A stretch of DNA of 64,000 nt from NCBI GenBank assembly GCA_951406725.2, contig OX597830.1, positions 74,524,001 to 74,588,000 on the forward strand, in the 5' to 3' direction. The stretch is from Octopus vulgaris. Lineage: Eukaryota. Positions 14,139-28,387 of this stretch are shown piece after piece; the stretch's first letter is position 1, and the number at the start of each line of letters is the position of its first letter. The notes beneath the pieces are model-generated. The model searched no databases. It worked only from the letters and a program-made list of their open reading frames with translations, and was not told the DNA's origin. The position numbers and the translations under genes are program-made.

Positions 14139-14594
14139 TTGTGTATTTTCTCGGTTTTGTTTCCGGTATTGATTTTGGTGAAGTAGCGAGTTGGACGGAG
14201 CTGCTCTTCTTTGTGTCGCGATGTTGGTTCATCTGTTATATGAGATAGAAACCTGTCAAGACGTTCTTGAAAGCGTATGTGCCTACGAAGACGTAGATAA
14301 ATCTATATGTATTTATATAAACTGTTAAATAGATTCCAGTGTTGGACATCTCTATCATTCTAACCACTCGTTAACAAATAATAATTTTGCCTACCAATTC
14401 TGATTGAATGATTGGATCGCACTGCTAACACAAGTAGGACACAGTATACTTAATAGTGCATTATGGTTGTAAAAATAAATACCGTGACCTAACAGCAACT
14501 AGACTACGTATCAATTGCGAGGAACGTGTTTAATACGTAAATCCAGTTGTGTTACACCGCTAGATTTTGTAGTTATTTAAGTAATGTGTTGCAT

Positions 14595-14645
14595 GTGGTG
14601 CTGAAGAAGAAGTAAAAACACTTCTGAAATATGCATATATTCCCA
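14595..14645 (+). ncRNA. Minimal type I hammerhead-like motif with decayed stem I
   Basis: CTGAAGA (14601) agaagt-aaaaac-acttct GAAA tatgcata TA, with a palindromic stem III and an AUA triplet. A collapsed second core, ctgatgaaacacgtgtt, lies at about 14674. Confidence 0.55.
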
Positions 14646-15134
14646 TTACCTATTCTCCTATCCGCGGGAGTCACTGATGAAACACGTGTTAAAAACTTGT
14701 TAGAATAGCCGTTTTACCGCCGTTTACGAATTTCACTCACTTATTTAAGAAACTGTCATGGCTTTTCTATCAGAAACAGATTTTTTATGGTGGGCAACAC
14801 TCCAATGATGAAGAAGACAACGACTTACATATCTATCACAGCTTCTGTTGACTCAAAGTGAAAACCATCCGAGAAATATAAGAAAAACCAATACGTGTTC
14901 AATACATTCGCTCCAATTCATATAATGTAGATTGAACCACATTAATGTGAAGCTTCATAATAAAATATCACCATACTGGAATCAACGGTGACCCCCATTA
15001 TATAATAAAAATATAGTTGGGTGACTCCCATGGTATATCAAGAGACGATTAGCTAAGTATAGCAACATATTCATATGGAGCTCTAACGATTCTGAAAATA
15101 TTTTATATCTCAGTACTTATAATAGTGTTTTTGT

Positions 15135-15430
15135 GGAGGCGCAATGGCCTAGTGGTTGGGGCAGCGGACTCACAGTCGTAGAATCGCGGTGTCGCTTCCA
15201 AGACCGGGCGTTGTGAGTGTTTATCGAGCGAAAACACCTACAGTTCCACGATGCTCCGTCAGGGGGTGGTGGCGATTCCTGCTGTACTCTTTCACCGCAA
15301 CTTTCTCTCACTCCTTCTTCTGTTGGCCTGCTCGCTTAGCCAGCGGGGGTGGCGTCATTTGAAGGCTAAAGCAATGCGAAGCGCATTGTGACCAGTGATG
15401 TATAGCAATATCTGATAGCCTTCTAGGTCA
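15135..15430 (+). mobile_element. tRNA-derived SINE family C, near full length
   Basis: A box tggcctagtgg, B-box-like gtgtcgcttcc. Homologous to the inverted copy at 22744-23001. Confidence 0.85.
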
Positions 15431-15633
15431 CGAGACTAGAAAGTTGAAGGATAGGAAATCATCCTCGGATATCTTTTTAACCAATTCAGTTTCAACTTGG
15501 TTTCAAAGAAGAAACGTACAGAGAAAAATTCACATACAGTAGACACGGTTAATCATGAAGATGATAAAAATTAAATATAGAAAGGATGGGATGAGAAAAA
15601 TGGAAAAGAAAAAAACTTCTACTGCTGCTGCTG

Positions 15634-15705
<72 letters not shown>

Positions 15706-16423
15706 TGCCACGTAAAATATGAAAGGGAGAACAAGATCAAGTATGTTTTACAGCTCACTACAAGTCAATATCATATAATATAGATTTGAAACTTGTGTTA
15801 CAATATTGAGAAGGCTTTTGAAATATCGTTACATGTAAAGTACATAAATACTGTCTAAGCATTAAGTCCATAATATATTCATATGTGCGTGTGACTCTAT
15901 GTGTGTGTGTCTGTGTGTGTATCTCAGTGTGTGAGTGTATGCCTGTGTGTCTACATGAATATATATATATATGTATATGTATGTATGCATTTATATACGT
16001 ATATATGATATATGTAAGTCTCTGTTCTTCATAAAAGCATATAAATGTCTGTTGTTATATATATTGTATGCATTCATATTTGTTGCCAATGAAAGCAAAA
16101 ATTTGTCTGTGCTTCTACATATATGTGAGTGTGCGTGTGCATTTGTTAGCGTGCGTGTGCGTGTGTGTCTATGAGTGACGGTGTGTGGGTGAGTGTCTTT
16201 GTGTTTGTGTATGAGTGTGTGTGTGTGTGCATGCGCGCGTATGTGTGTGCGTATATACAGAAATTAAATTTGGTGTTAAAATTAATACCATATAAAGATT
16301 TCAAAACTTCGATGATTTCAACTGTGGAAGCCCATCAGTACACACAAAACCCACAAAGAAACGATAAAATGATACAAATACACACACATATACGCGACGA
16401 ACACACATAAACATAAACAGATA

Positions 16424-16475
<52 letters not shown>

Positions 16476-16634
16476 ACAAACACACACATATATACATACA
16501 TAGGAACATTCAAAGGTTGTGAAAAAGAAATTTTAAAAAGAAAAAAAATTCAGAAATTTATTACTTATATGAACTTATGTGTGTATAAATGTAAGCAGCA
16601 GCAGTAGTAGCAATGGTAGTAGTAGTAGTATTAA

Positions 16635-16676
<42 letters not shown>

Positions 16677-16981
16677 TACAACATTGAAGTATGTATGTGT
16701 ATAAATACGTATTGATTAAGATAATACGTATATATATGTAACGTATACATACACGTGATATATATAAATATACATATATATTTATATATTTATACACACA
16801 CATCTTTCTCTCTCTGTCTCTCTATATCTCTCTGTCTCTATCTCTATCTCTCTCTTTGACTCACTCTCTCTCTATATATATAGATAGATAGATAGATATA
16901 CACACATTCGTAGAAAATGTTTGTGAGTCGGTTTTTTACAATGTCATTTGTCTCAATGAGTATAAATGAATATATATATAC

Positions 16982-17062
<81 letters not shown>

Positions 17063-17331
17063 CGTGTGCGTGTGTGCGTATACATACATATAAATACATA
17101 TACACTCATGATTTTCTTTTTTAACCAAATGTTTTCTTTTGTTACTTTCGAAATAAGAAACACAAAATCACAACCTAACAACAAACAAAAACAATAAAAG
17201 TAAAAACAACAGTAACATTGAAATCACGTGATCATAAATGTTTTAAAATAAAGAGCAGACATTAAACTTTTAAATGAACACAATAGAACTGCAATGAAAT
17301 TGCTGACAGCCTTTTTAAAAGATATTTCAAA

Positions 17332-17371
<40 letters not shown>

Positions 17372-18068
17372 GCTTTCATATAGATATGAATATATATTTA
17401 TATATGCATGTGTGTATGTAACTTACGTTCATATTTATTTATGTCTATTTATACATTTTTGAAGGTATACAAGTACGTATATAGGTACGAAGACCGGTAT
17501 ATCTATGTGTGTATGTTTCTATGTACGTAAGGTAGTTTCGTATACGTAGGTACGTAGGTCTGTACGTACGTAGATGTGAAGCTAGGTTGTTAGGGCGGTC
17601 GGTCGGTCGGTTGGTAGGTATGTACATTCAACATTTGACTTAAGTGAGCCATGAAGAAACCTTTAACTCCTTCCTCACACTTTGTTCAATCTTGTGTCCT
17701 CGTAGGATTCGCTTGGCAAATCTAATCAGCTGTATATTGAGCTATTTGGTTGAAAATTTTTAAAATCTGCCATTTTTTTTCACGCTTAAGTTTTAAAATG
17801 TATATTAAGTTCATACATACGCACACATATACAACACACACACATAAATGTATATACAAAAACTTAGATAGATACATACATGTATACATACAAACATATA
17901 TATATATATATATATATATATACGTGCTTATATTTATAAACTCTCACATATATAATATTTATCAGGCCAAAATTATTCACTCGCTCTCCCTTTCCATCCC
18001 TCTGTATATATATATAGATGTATGTATGTATGTATGTATGTATGTATATGTATGTATGTATTTATGTA

Positions 18069-18129
<61 letters not shown>

Positions 18130-18282
18130 AAATATACATACATATGTATTTACAGATGTACGTATATATTTACAGATGTACATATATGTTTACTTACATA
18201 TATATCATTATCCCGTCTTATTATACACACACACATATATATATAAGCATACATGCACATACACACACACACATATATATAA

Positions 18283-18342
<60 letters not shown>

Positions 18343-18720
18343 CTATGTATGTTTGTGCGTATATGCTTATATTTATGTAGGTATACATACATATATTTAC
18401 ATGATTTGTTTTATAAATTTATGATCTCGGAAAGAATTTTTGGGCCATCATATTTTACCATCATTTTCTTCATCGTCATCTACTTGTTTTAATTCTTATT
18501 GTGTTGTTTTCACTGTTGTTGTCTAATTTTTCTTCTTGCTTACTTCATCTATTATTTCGTTTTTCGCCTTACTTTCTTTTTTTTTTTTCTGCACCATCAC
18601 AACTTTTATCATGTTGTTGTTTATGCGTTCGTTATATTTCTTTTTGAATCAATTTTTAACTGATATAAGTATGTGCATAGATGTTTTTGGGTCCTGTTAA
18701 ATATCTCTAGCATAACATGC

Positions 18721-18798
<78 letters not shown>

Positions 18799-18888
18799 AT
18801 TTATATATATGTATATATATTATGCATATATTTATATACATGTACACATTTATCTATCTATATCTCTATATCTCTATAGATCTATACA

Positions 18889-18929
<41 letters not shown>

Positions 18930-19105
18930 ATACATACCTACACATTTATGCGTAAAATACAAATACCTGTGTGATATGCTTGGTGTGTATATATATATAC
19001 ATATGTGTGTATATATAAATACATATATACATGACCATGCATGCATAGATACATACCTACATAGATATATATATGTATGTATATATAAATATCTATATAT
19101 ATATG

Positions 19106-19144
<39 letters not shown>

Positions 19145-19329
19145 TTTACACATAAAGGAAATTAAAATAAGAAATTATTTTGCACTGTTGTTTAATTTTT
19201 TCGTGAAGTTTATGTAAAAACAACAAAAAATATCAATAACAATTATGTAAGTGTAACAAGAGAAAGCGCCAGGAGGAGACGATAAAGAAGACGATGAAGG
19301 CAACTAAGAAGTGGAAGAGGGAGAAGAAG

Positions 19330-19339
19330 AAAAGGAATG

Positions 19340-19398
<59 letters not shown>

Positions 19399-20638
19399 TT
19401 ATAATGATAAGAATTAATACAAATAATAATAATAAGAGGAATAATAATGATAGTAATAATAGTAATAATAATAATGAAGAAGAAGAGGAGGAGGCGGAAG
19501 AGAAATGGTGGAAGAGGGGAGGCGGAGGAAGAAGAGGATACAACAACAATAAAAATAGCCGCAAGCTCAAGATCAATATGGCTATCAGCTACAAGAACAA
19601 CATCAACAACCATTGCATAAATATATAAATCACCAGCACCAACACCACCACCATCATCATCATCATCATCATCACCATAGCCGCCATCGTTACCCTCAGA
19701 AATCATCTCCCCCCCCACCAGAAGCCAATAAGAACAGTAAGGAAATAAAAAATATAAAAATGATAGCAATATCTGCATATCCATCAGTAGTAGCTCCACC
19801 ATCATAATCTTCATCATCATCATCGTCATCGTCGTCATCATCATCATCATCATCATCATCACCATCATCATCATCATTATCGTCATCATCAATATCGCCC
19901 TCCCCATCTTCCTCCTCCTCCTCCTCATCATCATCATCATGAACATCACCATCATCATCGGTATCATCATCATCATCGTCATCGTCACCATCATCATCAT
20001 CATCACCATGATCCTCATCATCATTATCGTCATCATCAACATCCCCCTCCTCTTCCTCCTCCTCCTCCTCATCATCATCAACATCACCATCATCATCGGC
20101 ATCATCATCATCATCATCATCATCGTCATCGTCACCATCATCATCATCATCAACGTTATCCTCATTATACTCATCACCATCATCTTCATCATAATCACCA
20201 CAATCATCATCAATATCCTAATCATCATCGTTATCATCAATATCGTCGTCTTCTTCTCCATCGACATGATGGTCATCCTCACTATCATTATCAGCAGCAC
20301 TAGCAGCAGCAGCAGCAGCAGCAGCATCGTAACTGTCATTATCATCAACATCATCACCATCAATAAGATCAACAACATCAACAGCATTAACAGCACCATT
20401 TATATCGTTTACAATCAACAGCACCAAGGGCAATCTTGAAAGGCAACAAGAGCAATAACTACAACAACAAGCTAAAAAAAAAAACAAAAAAAAAAGTACT
20501 GGAGGATCCTCAACAACAACAACAACAGCAACAACAACAGCAACAACAACAAGAATACTAACAACAGCTTTTGAAAACTTAGAAGGAACATCAACGGCAA
20601 AAACAGTCAACAACAATAACTAAAAAATCAACAACAAA

Positions 20639-20691
<53 letters not shown>

Positions 20692-21050
20692 TTACTACTA
20701 CTACTACTACGAGGGTGATAAAAAGAGCAACTGCTACTAAACCAACATTTCACACTTGGAAACTAACAATAAGAGCATCAGAAAAGAAAAGGAAAACTAC
20801 ATCAGCCAAAACCAACAACAACAACGACAACGACAACGACAACAACAACAACAGAAGGGCCAAATCTAACTACAAAAACAACTTCACAATAACAAGAAGG
20901 AGGGTAAAGAAGATCAACAACAAAACAACAAAAATAAGGAAAAGAACACGAATAACAAGAAGAACAACAATACTAACAACAACAACAAAAACAGTGACAA
21001 CAACGACAGAAGAAGTGGCAGTGGCAGCAGCAGCAGCAGCAGCAGCAATG
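19330..21050. repeat. ~1.7-kb compound trinucleotide field (AAT, GAA, CAT, CAG, CAA, TAC)
   Basis: Directly visible; source of the spurious 388-aa ORF. Confidence 0.9.
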
Positions 21051-21238
21051 AGAAAAATATAAAGAAGAGAAAAACAAAGAGGGAGAAGGAACGGGTGAGC
21101 AAAGCGTTAGTCCTGTGATAAGCCATATTAATAACGCTAGATATTTGTGACAAAAGCTATAAGCAAAGTTAAAATTAATGATCCTTTCGTTGAATTGAAT
21201 TAGCGCCGTCCGCTTCGTTAAACACTGTAGCAAACCAA

Positions 21239-21264
21239 TGGGTATTTATGCTAAAGGGCCTGCT

Positions 21265-21326
<62 letters not shown>

Positions 21327-21463
21327 CGTGTGTGAGAGTGTGTTTGCGTATAAGTATTTTACGCTAAACGGGTAAAATGTATGTATGTATGTATGTATGT
21401 GTATATGTGTGTGTGAGTAAGAGAGAGTGAGAGACAGTGGGTATTTATACTAAAGGGCCTGCT

Positions 21464-21521
<58 letters not shown>

Positions 21522-21536
21522 CGCGCGTGTGTGTGC

Positions 21537-21587
<51 letters not shown>

Positions 21588-21718
21588 CGTGTGTGAGAGT
21601 GTGTTTGCGTATAAGTATTTTACGCTAAACGGGTAAAATGTATGTATGTATGTATGTATGTATGTGTATATGTGTGTGTGAGTAAGAGAGAGTGAGAGAC
21701 AGTGGGTATTTATACTAA
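21239..21718. repeat. Tandem duplication of a microsatellite-containing unit (two copies plus the start of a third)
   Basis: tgggtatttat.ctaaagggcctgctagag(TG)n...taagtattttacgctaaacgggtaaaatg...gagagacag occurs twice. Confidence 0.9.
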
Positions 21719-21785
21719 AATATTATATTGTGTATGTGTAAATGAATTTATGTGTATGGGTATTTATGCTCAAGTTATAATATGT

Positions 21786-21823
<38 letters not shown>

Positions 21824-22384
21824 AACGCTGTGTGTATATGCGTATGTGTGTGCTTTGTTCGTTGAAGTCTCTAAAAAGTAAGGCTCCCTCGGTAAAGTTG
21901 TTGGTGGGTAAGATGGTAAGGAAAACAGCGGATGAAAGAGTGATAAGAGAAAGAGGAGTAGGTTGGAGGAAGAAAGAGGAGGAGGAGGAGGAGGGGGAAG
22001 GGGTGGTATGTGGTAGTGAAATGGTATAATGTGAGACATATAAAGATAGCGAGAGCGAGAGAGTGGGGAACGAGAGTAAGAGATTGAATGATATAGAGAG
22101 GGTGAGACGAGACTGTGAAGAGAAGATTTAAAAGGAAAAATAGAGATTGAATATAAAGTGAGACAGTGAATGACAAACGAAAAAGAAGAGGGAGAGAAAT
22201 TGGAGAGGATTAGTGAGAAGGAAGGAACTGAAAGGATTCAGATAGGGAGAGACTGGAAAAGTGAAGTAGTGAAGTATAAAAGGTAATAATGCCTGATACA
22301 GAGATGATACAGAAAGAGGAAGGTAGTGATGGAGGGGGTAGGAAAAAATCGCTTTTGGAGAGATTGACTAAAATGTAAAGCTTC

Positions 22385-22427
<43 letters not shown>

Positions 22428-22521
22428 TAGACAGACAGAGAGAGAAGAGACAGAGACAGACAGAAAAAGTGGAGAGATAGTAGTGTTTGAGAGGAAGTTG
22501 CAGATAAAACGCTACCAAATG

Positions 22522-22566
<45 letters not shown>

Positions 22567-22570
<4 letters not shown>

Positions 22571-22695
22571 GACGGGCTTCTTTCAGGTCGGGCCGAGGCT
22601 ACATTAGAAAACACTTTCTCCAGGTGCCACGCAGTGGGACTGAACCCAGAACTATGTGGTTGGTAAGCAAGCTTCTTACTACACAGCCACGCCTA
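22567..22695 (-). mobile_element. SINE family A, 5' part with an internal deletion
   Basis: gccacgcagtgggactgaacc...cttactacacagccacgcc. Confidence 0.8.
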
Positions 22696-22743
22696 TATAT
22701 ATATATATATATATATCACCACTATCACCACCACCACCACCAC

Positions 22744-23001
22744 CAGATGTTGCTCCTCATCGCTGATCACAATGCGCTTCGCATTGTTAGCCTTCAAATG
22801 ACGCCACCCTGCTGGCTAAGCGAGCAGGCCAACAGAAGAAAGAGTGAGAGAAAGTTGTGGTCGCTACCACCCCCTGCCGCAGCCTCGTGGAGCTTTGGGT
22901 GTTTTTGCTCAATAAACACTCACAACGCCCGGTCTGGGTATCGAAACCGCGATCCTACGACCGCGAGTTCGCTGCCCTAACCACTGGGCCATTACGCCTC
23001 C
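22744..23001 (-). mobile_element. SINE family C
   Basis: Reverse complement of the 15135 copy, with a ~20-bp internal deletion. Confidence 0.85.
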
Positions 23002-23003
23002 AT

Positions 23004-23037
<34 letters not shown>

Positions 23038-23803
23038 GCATGTATGTATATATGTATGTGAAAAGAGAGAAGAGGAATAACTGAGGTATTTAACACTACA
23101 AAAAGAGAAGAGAGAGAGAGAGAGAGAGAATCAAAGAAAGAAGGAGAGAGAGAGAGAGAGATATGCCTATGAAAATGAAAAGTTTGATTCATGGAAAAAT
23201 GAACGAAAGAATGAGTGACAAAGTGAAAGCAAAAATGTTTGTATGTGTGTGATAATGAGCGAAGGTGAAACAGAAAATGATTTTACATCGCCTATATAAA
23301 GCTCGTGTTTAGTTTGTAACCTGTAGGTACATGCGTCAGTATGTCTGCATACATGAACACGTGTGTATGTATATGTGTGCGTGCGCATGCGTGCGTGCGC
23401 ATGCGTGCGTGAATATATCGAAAATAACCTAAAGCGTGTAAACAGTTTATTTCATGAATCTAATACCTATAAATATCATAAGTTAAAGCACATCTGTATA
23501 TACGCAGTTAAGTTTGATTTTTTTTATTTGTGTTTTGTGGATTTGCATCTAAGTACCTATATTTACTTTTATAGCTCAGTTTAGAAGACGTAGAACAGCA
23601 TCAATGACCTTCGTACAAAACATCTAAGCACGATTTAAATATTTACAATACAGTGGCTTTCAATAATGGCACCAATGTACAAATTGGTGGTGTTAAACCA
23701 AGTTATTATGTATATATATATATATATATATGCATATAAGAGAACAAGGTGTACGTTACGCCGCAATAATTTATGTATAAAAAAAATATATATATATATA
23801 TAA

Positions 23804-23943
23804 AATATAAAATGGGACAGGAACGCACAGCCGAAATTGCGAGGATGATCCGGTTCTTGACTGAAGATTAGAGGCTTCGAATGACCCGTCCGTTTTTTGT
23901 GTCGTCTCTTTGTGTGTTTTGCGTTCCTGTCCCATTTTGTATT
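23804..23943. mobile_element. Short (TA)n-flanked element with 19-bp perfect inverted ends (possibly PLE-derived)
   Basis: aaaatgggacaggaacgca (23809-23827) pairs with tgcgttcctgtcccatttt (23920-23938). Confidence 0.6.
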
Positions 23944-23973
23944 CATATATATATATGTATATATATAGGGAGG

Positions 23974-24128
23974 GCGTGGGTGTGTAAGGAAAACTTGCCT
24001 CCCAGCCACATGGCTCCGGGTTAGTCCGACTGCGTGGCACCTTGTGCTAATGCCTTCAACTACAGCATCAGTCCGACCAAAGTCTTCTAAGTGGAATTGG
24101 TAGAGGAAAACTGAAAGAAGCCCGTTGT
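23974..24128 (+). mobile_element. Degenerate SINE family A, 5' half
   Basis: ggcgtgggtgtg...ccacatggctccgggttagtcc.actgcgtggcacctt...gaaagaagcccg. Confidence 0.75.
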
Positions 24129-24160
24129 CTCTCTCTCTATATATATAGATATATATATAC

Positions 24161-24223
<63 letters not shown>

Positions 24224-24316
24224 AAAACATCTCTTTCAGCTGGCAAACTACATGCAATCTGTGTCCGATTAGTATTTGCGGGGAGGTCATCGCTCCCATC
24301 CCTAACCTTACGTAAT

Positions 24317-24362
24317 ACACACGGACTCGATTTCTGGGTGGTTACCCGTCCTCAGCATGTGT
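24317..24362 (-). ncRNA. Minimal type I hammerhead ribozyme
   Basis: Minus strand: acacatg CTGAGGA c gggt-aacc-accc a GAAA tcga GTC cgtgtgt. 7-bp stem I, 4-bp stem II, palindromic stem III, GUC triplet. Confidence 0.7.
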
Positions 24363-27300
24363 CAATTACCAGATAGATAGACAGATAGATAGATAGATAG
24401 ATACATACATACATACATACATACATACATACATACATACATACATACATACATACATACATACATACATACATACATACATACATACATACATACATAC
24501 ATACATACATACATACATACATACATAGAACTAGAACTGGTTTGACTCAATAATAAGTGCTTCGTTTCTGAGGCTCGTGAAACGAAGGGTACCTAATGAA
24601 TTTAGCACTGTATCTCATTCAGAAGGTTCTACCTCTTTCTCTTTCTCTCTCTCTCTCTATCTCTCTCCCTCTCATTTTCTCCCTCACTTTCATAACTTAT
24701 GTGTATATGTTGTATATGTATACATGTATGGTTGTATGTGTGTATATGGACGTATGTATGTATGTATGTATGTATGTATGTATGTATGTATGTATGTATG
24801 TATGTATGTATGTATGTATGTATGAATCTTCTTTTCGGATTATGGCTGCTGTTGCTTAGTGAGTGGGATTGACTCAGTGCACGGCCTTTTCTCACTTTAA
24901 AAAAATCTTCTTGCACAGGCATTGCACGATAACAACATTGATTAAGCTTCGTGCAATGGCCATACTCGATAACGAGGGGGCCGCCACCATGAATGAATAT
25001 ATGTATTATGTATGTGTGTGCGTATAGGTATGTATCTTTTACCTTTTACTTGTTTCAGTCATTGGACAACAACCACGCTAGGGCACCTTGAGCCAATAAC
25101 TAGTTCATTTTACTTCCAATGGTTTTATTAACAAGGAACCGTACGTGCAACTCAGGCGTTGACTCACTGAAGACATTTTTTGTTCGACGCACTAGTTAAT
25201 CGGTATTTTCTACACCGCCATAAGAACCGAAGATCATATCGCACAATGAGCTTCCTGTTATACAAAAGCAGAAACAAAAAATAGTCTCATTACATACCTC
25301 TTCTCAAACATCCTTGAAACATCGAGAAGCATCTTGGACACGATAAGACGGAAACTAAAAAAGTATTTTAAATAATCTCACGCAAGATCTTGGACAGTTG
25401 AAGTCCGAAGCGAAACTCGAACGGTTAGGGTATTTCTCTGCGAATATCATATTCCAAGTTTTATATGCATGTGGTAATATATTTATTATTTGGAGTGCCA
25501 AACGTAAGAAAGAAACGCTATTCCATATGCTGTTTGTCCTTGCTAAATTCGTTTAAAATCATGCACAATCATCTTAAAATGGTTTATCCCTGTCTCAAGT
25601 ATCACATGTGATACAAAAGACGTGTTTCCTTAGCGTCCATGCTTCATATATGATACACATTCCCAGTTTTTTCCACCTGCAAGAATAACTTGGGACTATG
25701 AAAAAAGCTTTATATTATTCAGGACTTATTGAAAAAAGCCTACCCAAAAGTCTGTAGAAAGCATGAATGTTTAGGACAAACTTATGGAAAATAATTTGGT
25801 TAGGGTTAAAAGTGCTTATTTCTCCCAAATCAAATAAATGACAATGATGGAATGGCTGAAGTTGTTTTCATAGATCTGGGCAGTAAGGGCCACTCTTGGG
25901 ATAAGCAGATACAAGACCAACGGCAACAGAAATGTCTTAATAGGCCCCTGTGGTACGTGAGTGAATTTTCTGCAAAAATTGGTCAATCTTATACAGATGT
26001 TCTCAGACATTAACGATGTTGTAGACAACTGAATGTTGTGTTGGTGTTGCGTTTTTCTGTTTGAGTATTTGGAGGGATGGAGCAACGAAGTCTGATTGGA
26101 TTAAAGTAGGTACGTAATAGAAGGTAGCCCATCCGCGACTATTCCATCGTTTTACGGCACATCTGTACTCATAGATATCTTGTAGCATCCCATTTCTAAT
26201 TTGAAATCAAAAGCCTTGTTTTCAAAGTAGGTTTAATGGCATATTGTGCTGCTAAACAGAAGCTGTGTAACGAAGAAGCTCTCTCACTGGTTCACATCTC
26301 ATGTGAATGCTCTGTTCATGATGAAGTGTGATCTGCTGGCGTTTGTATCAATTTCATCTCAAAGAAGAACTAGGGTGGTAGAGCGGGTTTATTCAGTCAT
26401 AAGTGTGGGGATGAGAGCGGTTGAATTGGATGACTGAGTGGTGTGGGGAGTGAATGTGTGCAGTGCAGATTGAGTGTGTGTATGATAGAGAGACCTAAGA
26501 AATAGGAGGGAGAGAGAGGGGGGGGAGAGAGAGAGGAGGAGGAGAGAGAAAAAGGAAGAATAGGGAGAGAGAGAAAGGAGGAAGAGGGAGAGTGCAAGCG
26601 AAATATGCAGCACAGGAAGATAATCTGAATATATATTTCTTGACACAAACGATCTTATGTTTTAACAATGAAGACAAAAGGCAGTGACATTTTCTTTTTC
26701 TTTTACTGATTTCAATTACTGGAATTAGATCTTCCTAGAGTACCTTTTTCATAGGGTTTAAGCTGAATATATCATCTCACTCCCCACCCACCCAAATCCT
26801 TTCATACTTACCAAATTGATGATCTCCTTATCGGAAAATGATTATTAGATTCTGATTCTCATATCTTTAGTGGTTTAGAACTCTTCCTGCGTCCTGGTTC
26901 TGGTACAGAACCTGGATTAAGGATCTTTAGCTATCGTTACATAGTTTTATTATTCAATGACGGACCAAACAACTGAAAAAGCTTTAAATCCGCACTGGAA
27001 CTCTTTGAGCAGCTAGGTAATCGACTCAAAAGTATTGTCGCAAACTATTGCAGCTAGTCAAGTGTCAAACGAAATACCCTGCATTTAATTAAATCCCATC
27101 ACCGAGGAGTAAACGCGAAAGATTCTAACATCTGGACAACCTTGTATCTTCATATTACTATGCTAGGTTTGTGCTCTGCAGAGGTCACTTCAGTCACTGA
27201 CCAGAGATGCAAAACCCCGTTGCCTTTCAGTTCAGGCCGTAAAGGGAAGAATCGACGTACGTGTAAAGGGATGTAAACGAGATAGAATCAAATTGCATAA

Positions 27301-28058
27301 AACGATATTTTTTCGTTCGATGCACCGATCTTCCTCATTGAACTAAACTGTACTCCGATGTTAGGTAAACATTAAGCCTCTATATTTTCACCGTTAACAA
27401 CCTTTATTGATTTTGTTTTCGTTTAAAGTTGTCTCGTATTTTTTTTCCTGTGTATACGACCGAACCAATATATTTAACAATTTTTGTCTTTTTTTTTTGG
27501 TTTTTGAAAGATTCTTCATTTTAATCTCTAGCTTCTAGAATGGTAAATGTATTTGCTTTGTTCGGTTTGCAAAGCGGCTTTGTTAGAGGTTGAACGCTTT
27601 GTTCTTTTACATCTTTAATCACAAGAAAATTTATTTTCTCAAATGAGTGGTTAGAGTAAGTTCTGAGAAAAGCAGTCTGCACATATATATAAGTGTGTAT
27701 GTGTGTGTGTGTGTGTGTTTCTTCTTGTGTGAGTGGGTTTTTTTTCTTTCATGTTTGTGTATTAAGTAAAGAAACTGACCTTGTTTCGTGGATATATGTA
27801 AGGTATTCGTTTAAGACACAATTCGTCTCATCACTTCTTCGTTTAGCTATTGTCATACAATACTCTAATTGCTCTTTTAAAATGCATGACTGCCACAGCG
27901 TCTCACTCTTTTCTATCTATATCTCTCTTCATCTGGTACATATTAACAATCTAATTGAAATTCTCGCCGTGGTTTCCATCAGAGTTCTTACTCAAATATT
28001 TTAACGATTTTATTCAAAGTATTAGTATCAATTTGCCCTTGTGGCTAATAAAGAAAGG

Positions 28059-28129
<71 letters not shown>

Positions 28130-28183
28130 CATTATTATTATTATTATTACTGAATTTCAGGCAAGAAACATATTCCAGATATA

Positions 28184-28348
28184 GGCGCAGGAGTGGCTGT
28201 GTGGTAAGTAGCTTGCTAACCAACCACATGGTTCCGGGATCAGTCCCACTGCGTGGCATCTTGGGCAAGTGTCTTCTGCTATAGCCCCGGGCCAACCAAT
28301 GCCTTGTGAGTGGATTTGGTAGACGGAAACTGAAAGAAGCCTGTCGTA

Positions 28349-28387
<39 letters not shown>

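Noticed and set aside
15135-15210. tRNA gene
   Set aside because: A/B boxes are present but run on into a SINE body shared with 22744-23001; no proper cloverleaf or terminator.
19233-20399. 388-aa Met/Leu-rich ORF
   Set aside because: Translation of a compound triplet microsatellite; stop-free only because of its composition.
24920-24960. cattgcacga/tcgtgcaatg inverted repeat with a miR-92-like ATTGCAC
   Set aside because: The stem is only about 10 bp, too short for a pre-miRNA, and the rest does not match miR-92.
24980-25030. Perfect Kozak sequence gccgccaccATG
   Set aside because: Followed by only about 12 codons of microsatellite-like sequence before a stop.
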